Shown: one piece after another, positions 61,369-64,000 of the stretch | How positions within the stretch are numbered: the first letter of the stretch is position 1 | How the letters are laid out: the number at the start of each line of letters is the position of its first letter | DNA from: Nitrospirota bacterium | Lineage (GTDB): Bacteria; Nitrospirota; Thermodesulfovibrionia; Thermodesulfovibrionales; Dissulfurispiraceae | Assembly: GCA_963710375.1 (NCBI GenBank) | Contig: CAVPZX010000009.1 | Coordinates: 1 to 64,000 of the forward strand | DNA length: 64,000 nt | Direction of reading: 5' to 3' | The notes under the pieces: generated by a model | What the model was told of the DNA's origin: nothing | What the model saw: the letters and a program-made list of their open reading frames with translations, nothing else | Database searches by the model: none | Position numbers and translations under genes: made by a program

Positions 61369-63036
61369 ATGCTTGAACGATTTGTTTCAAAGATAGATTT
61401 CACGTCATATGAAGACTTTGTTGAAAACTTCCGCATTGTCGTACCGGACAACTTCAACTTCGCTTACGATGTAGTCGATGTGTTGGCGTTGCGTTATCCA
61501 GACAAAGTCGCGATGGTATGGTGTGACGATAAAGGCGGAGAAGCGACGTTCACCTTTGGTCAATTAAAGGAATACAGTGACAGGGCGGCAAATTTATTCT
61601 CGTCAAGGGGGATACTGAAAGGCGACCCTGTGATGCTTATCCTCAAGAGGCGTTTCGAGTTCTGGATCTGCATCCTTGCTCTCCATAAACTCGGCGCTAT
61701 AGCTATCCCGGCGACACATCTGCTCACTGCAAAAGATATTGCATACCGGAATAACGCTGCTGACATAAGGATGATAGTCAGCGTGGCTGATGCCGATGTC
61801 ATTTCTCACATAGAGGAATCCGAAGCTCAATCCCTCTCGCTTTTTTTGAAGGTACTTGTTGGCGCAAGCCGGGACGGCTGGATCGACTTTAACGCGGAAA
61901 TGGAGCGTGCGCCATCGACTTTTGATCGCCCGCGCGGCAATTCCGCTACTTCAAACAGCGATATCCTGCTGATCTATTTCACATCCGGTACGACGGGTAT
62001 GCCCAAGATGGTACAGCATAACTTTACATATCCTCTCGGCCACATACTAACTGCTAAATACTGGCAGAACGTGCAAGAGGACGGGCTGCACTGCACCCTG
62101 GCAGACACCGGCTGGGCAAAGGCTGCCTGGGGGAAAATCTACGGCCAGTGGATTGCCGGATGTGCGGTATTTGTGCATGACTATGACAAATTCCATCCAC
62201 ACAGACTTATCGATGTACTGGTAAAGTACGGTGTCACTTCTTTTTGTGGTCCGCCTACTGTTTACCGTTTCCTGATCAAGGAAGACCTTTCAAAATATAA
62301 TTTCGGGAAGCTCAATTACTGCACAGTTGCCGGTGAGCCGCTGAATCCCGAGGTCTATTCCCAATTCCTCAAGGCCACGGGGATCAAACTTATGGAAGGT
62401 TATGGGCAGACTGAGACGACCGTCGCTATCGGAACCTTTCCATGGGTGGAGCCCAAACCCGGCTCGATGGGTAGACCGTCCCCTTGGTATGACATCGACA
62501 TTGTCGACGACAAAGGCAATTCCTGCGGTATCGGAGAGGTAGGACAGATAGTGATTCGCACCGGAAAAAGAATGCCGGTTGGGATTTTTGACGGATACTA
62601 CCGGGATTCTGACCGTACGGCGAGTGTTTGGCGGAACGGAATTTATTGCACGGGAGATATGGCCTCGCGCGATGAAGACGGATATTACTGGTTCGTGGGA
62701 AGGGCCGACGATCTCATTAAAAGTTCCGGGTACCGGATCGGGCCTTTCGAGGTCGAAAGCGCCCTTGTGGAGCATCCGGCAGTTCTGGAATGTGCAATTA
62801 CAGCTGTTCCCGACGCGCTAAGGGGTCAGGTTGTCAAGGCATCGGTTGTTTTGGCGAAAGGATACGTCGCGAGCCGTGGGCTTGCAAAGGAACTGCAGGA
62901 ACATGTGAAGAAAGTGACGGCGCCTTATAAATATCCGAGAATAGTTGAGTTTGTAAACGAACTGCCGAAAACGATCAGCGGCAAGATCCGAAGGGTCGAG
63001 ATTCGGGAGAGAGAAAAAAATAAAAATCATTATTAA
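61369..63036 (+). CDS. Acyl-CoA synthetase (AMP-forming)
   Basis: [34 protein letters not shown]. Confidence 0.92.
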   Translation: MLERFVSKIDFTSYEDFVENFRIVVPDNFNFAYDVVDVLALRYPDKVAMVWCDDKGGEATFTFGQLKEYSDRAANLFSSRGILKGDPVMLILKRRFEFWICILALHKLGAIAIPATHLLTAKDIAYRNNAADIRMIVSVADADVISHIEESEAQSLSLFLKVLVGASRDGWIDFNAEMERAPSTFDRPRGNSATSNSDILLIYFTSGTTGMPKMVQHNFTYPLGHILTAKYWQNVQEDGLHCTLADTGWAKAAWGKIYGQWIAGCAVFVHDYDKFHPHRLIDVLVKYGVTSFCGPPTVYRFLIKEDLSKYNFGKLNYCTVAGEPLNPEVYSQFLKATGIKLMEGYGQTETTVAIGTFPWVEPKPGSMGRPSPWYDIDIVDDKGNSCGIGEVGQIVIRTGKRMPVGIFDGYYRDSDRTASVWRNGIYCTGDMASRDEDGYYWFVGRADDLIKSSGYRIGPFEVESALVEHPAVLECAITAVPDALRGQVVKASVVLAKGYVASRGLAKELQEHVKKVTAPYKYPRIVEFVNELPKTISGKIRRVEIREREKNKNHY

Positions 63037-63038
63037 TT

Positions 63039-63539
63039 ATGCAGGAAGAATTACTCGAAATAGTTGATAAAGAAGGCAAGGCCCTGGGAGTTGCTCCGCG
63101 GTCCTCAATACACGGCAACCCTTCCCTGCTCCACAAGGTTGTTCACGTGCTTGTATTTAACAGCCTTGGTGAACTACTGCTCCAAAAACGCTCAATGAGC
63201 AAAGACGTTGAGCCAGGCAAATGGGACACCTCTGTCGGAGGACATGTATCGGCTGCGGAAGAGATATCTTCAGCCGTTGATAGAGAAATGAAGGAGGAAC
63301 TTGGTATTGATACCTGCGAACTACGTTTTTTATACTCCTATATCCATTCCAACACATATGAGAGTGAGCTTGTCTTTACGTACTCCTGCATCCACAATGG
63401 CCCATATTCATTCAATGCAGGGGAAATAGACGCCGTGAAATTCTGGAGAATTGAAGAAATAAAAAATGTCCTCGGAACAGATGTTCTCAGCATCCACTTT
63501 GAAGATGAGTTTGCAAAATACCTGGCTTTCAGTGCTTAG
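63039..63539 (+). CDS. NUDIX hydrolase (Idi/YfcD-like)
   Basis: LLLQKRS...PGKWD...GGHV...REMKEELG. Confidence 0.88.
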   Translation: MQEELLEIVDKEGKALGVAPRSSIHGNPSLLHKVVHVLVFNSLGELLLQKRSMSKDVEPGKWDTSVGGHVSAAEEISSAVDREMKEELGIDTCELRFLYSYIHSNTYESELVFTYSCIHNGPYSFNAGEIDAVKFWRIEEIKNVLGTDVLSIHFEDEFAKYLAFSA

Positions 63540-63548
63540 GGCTAGCCC

Positions 63549-64000
63549 TTAGACCCCTCTCTCTTCAGGGCCATAAATATATTTGTGCAACTGAAGGTTG
63601 AGCCGGGCACGAAGCCTGTCATCGAGCATCCATTTGGAGAGGTCCCTTGGTGAAAATACCCCGAAAACCGGCGACAGCAGGATTGTGCACTTGTCCGACA
63701 GTCCATGCTTTCTTATAAAATCTCTAGTCCATTCATAATCCCTTCTATCGGCAATCACAAACTTGAGTTCATCCTGCGATTTCAATAGTCTTAGATTCTC
63801 AAAGTCCATCATCTCGCACATCCCGCTCCCGGGAGTTTTAATGTCCATAATTATTATTGCCCGGCGGTCCACACCGCCGACGCTTACACTTCCATTTGTT
63901 TCAACCAACACATTAAGACCGCTGTCAAGCAGCCTTTTTATCAGCGGCAATACATCCTTCTGCATCAGCGGCTCGCCACCTGTGATCTCAACAAGGCCTA
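63549..64000 (-). CDS. queE: 7-carboxy-7-deazaguanine synthase, 5' part outside the window
   Basis: LVEITGGEPLMQ, ETNGS, MDIKTPGSG, LQLHKYI. Confidence 0.88.
   Translation of the reverse strand, partial: GLVEITGGEPLMQKDVLPLIKRLLDSGLNVLVETNGSVSVGGVDRRAIIIMDIKTPGSGMCEMMDFENLRLLKSQDELKFVIADRRDYEWTRDFIRKHGLSDKCTILLSPVFGVFSPRDLSKWMLDDRLRARLNLQLHKYIYGPEERGV

Overview
This 64-kb window is bacterial chromosome from an anaerobe. Gene content and repeat style suggest Nitrospirota/Thermodesulfovibrionia or a deltaproteobacteria-like lineage (inference). Bases 1-4486 are an accessory patch at the 3' end of tRNA-Val(GAC): a DDE transposase, a stand-alone C39 peptidase, an Abi-alpha-like ORF, a PD-(D/E)XK nuclease and a 163-bp IS21-type mini-element. 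The rest is mostly housekeeping and metabolism: lsrF, yceD-rpmF-plsX-fabH, larC, tRNA-Thr(CGT), hflX-ahbD-hemE, rlmI-addA-addB, a RelE/XRE toxin-antitoxin pair, hpt-queD-pmbA, ubiB, alaS, recX-recA-thpR-pgpA and queE. It also carries a three-gene selenocysteine formate dehydrogenase whose NuoF-like subunit is fused to a GltD/NfnB-like module. Ten frameshifts break nine genes, including recA. Nine of the ten are single extra bases in or next to AGCT, which points to methylation-induced long-read errors rather than pseudogenes. Several palindromic families occur: a MITE, simple-sequence-repeat hairpins at operon junctions, and an in-frame palindrome inside rlmI. All calls come from motif reading, with no database searches.
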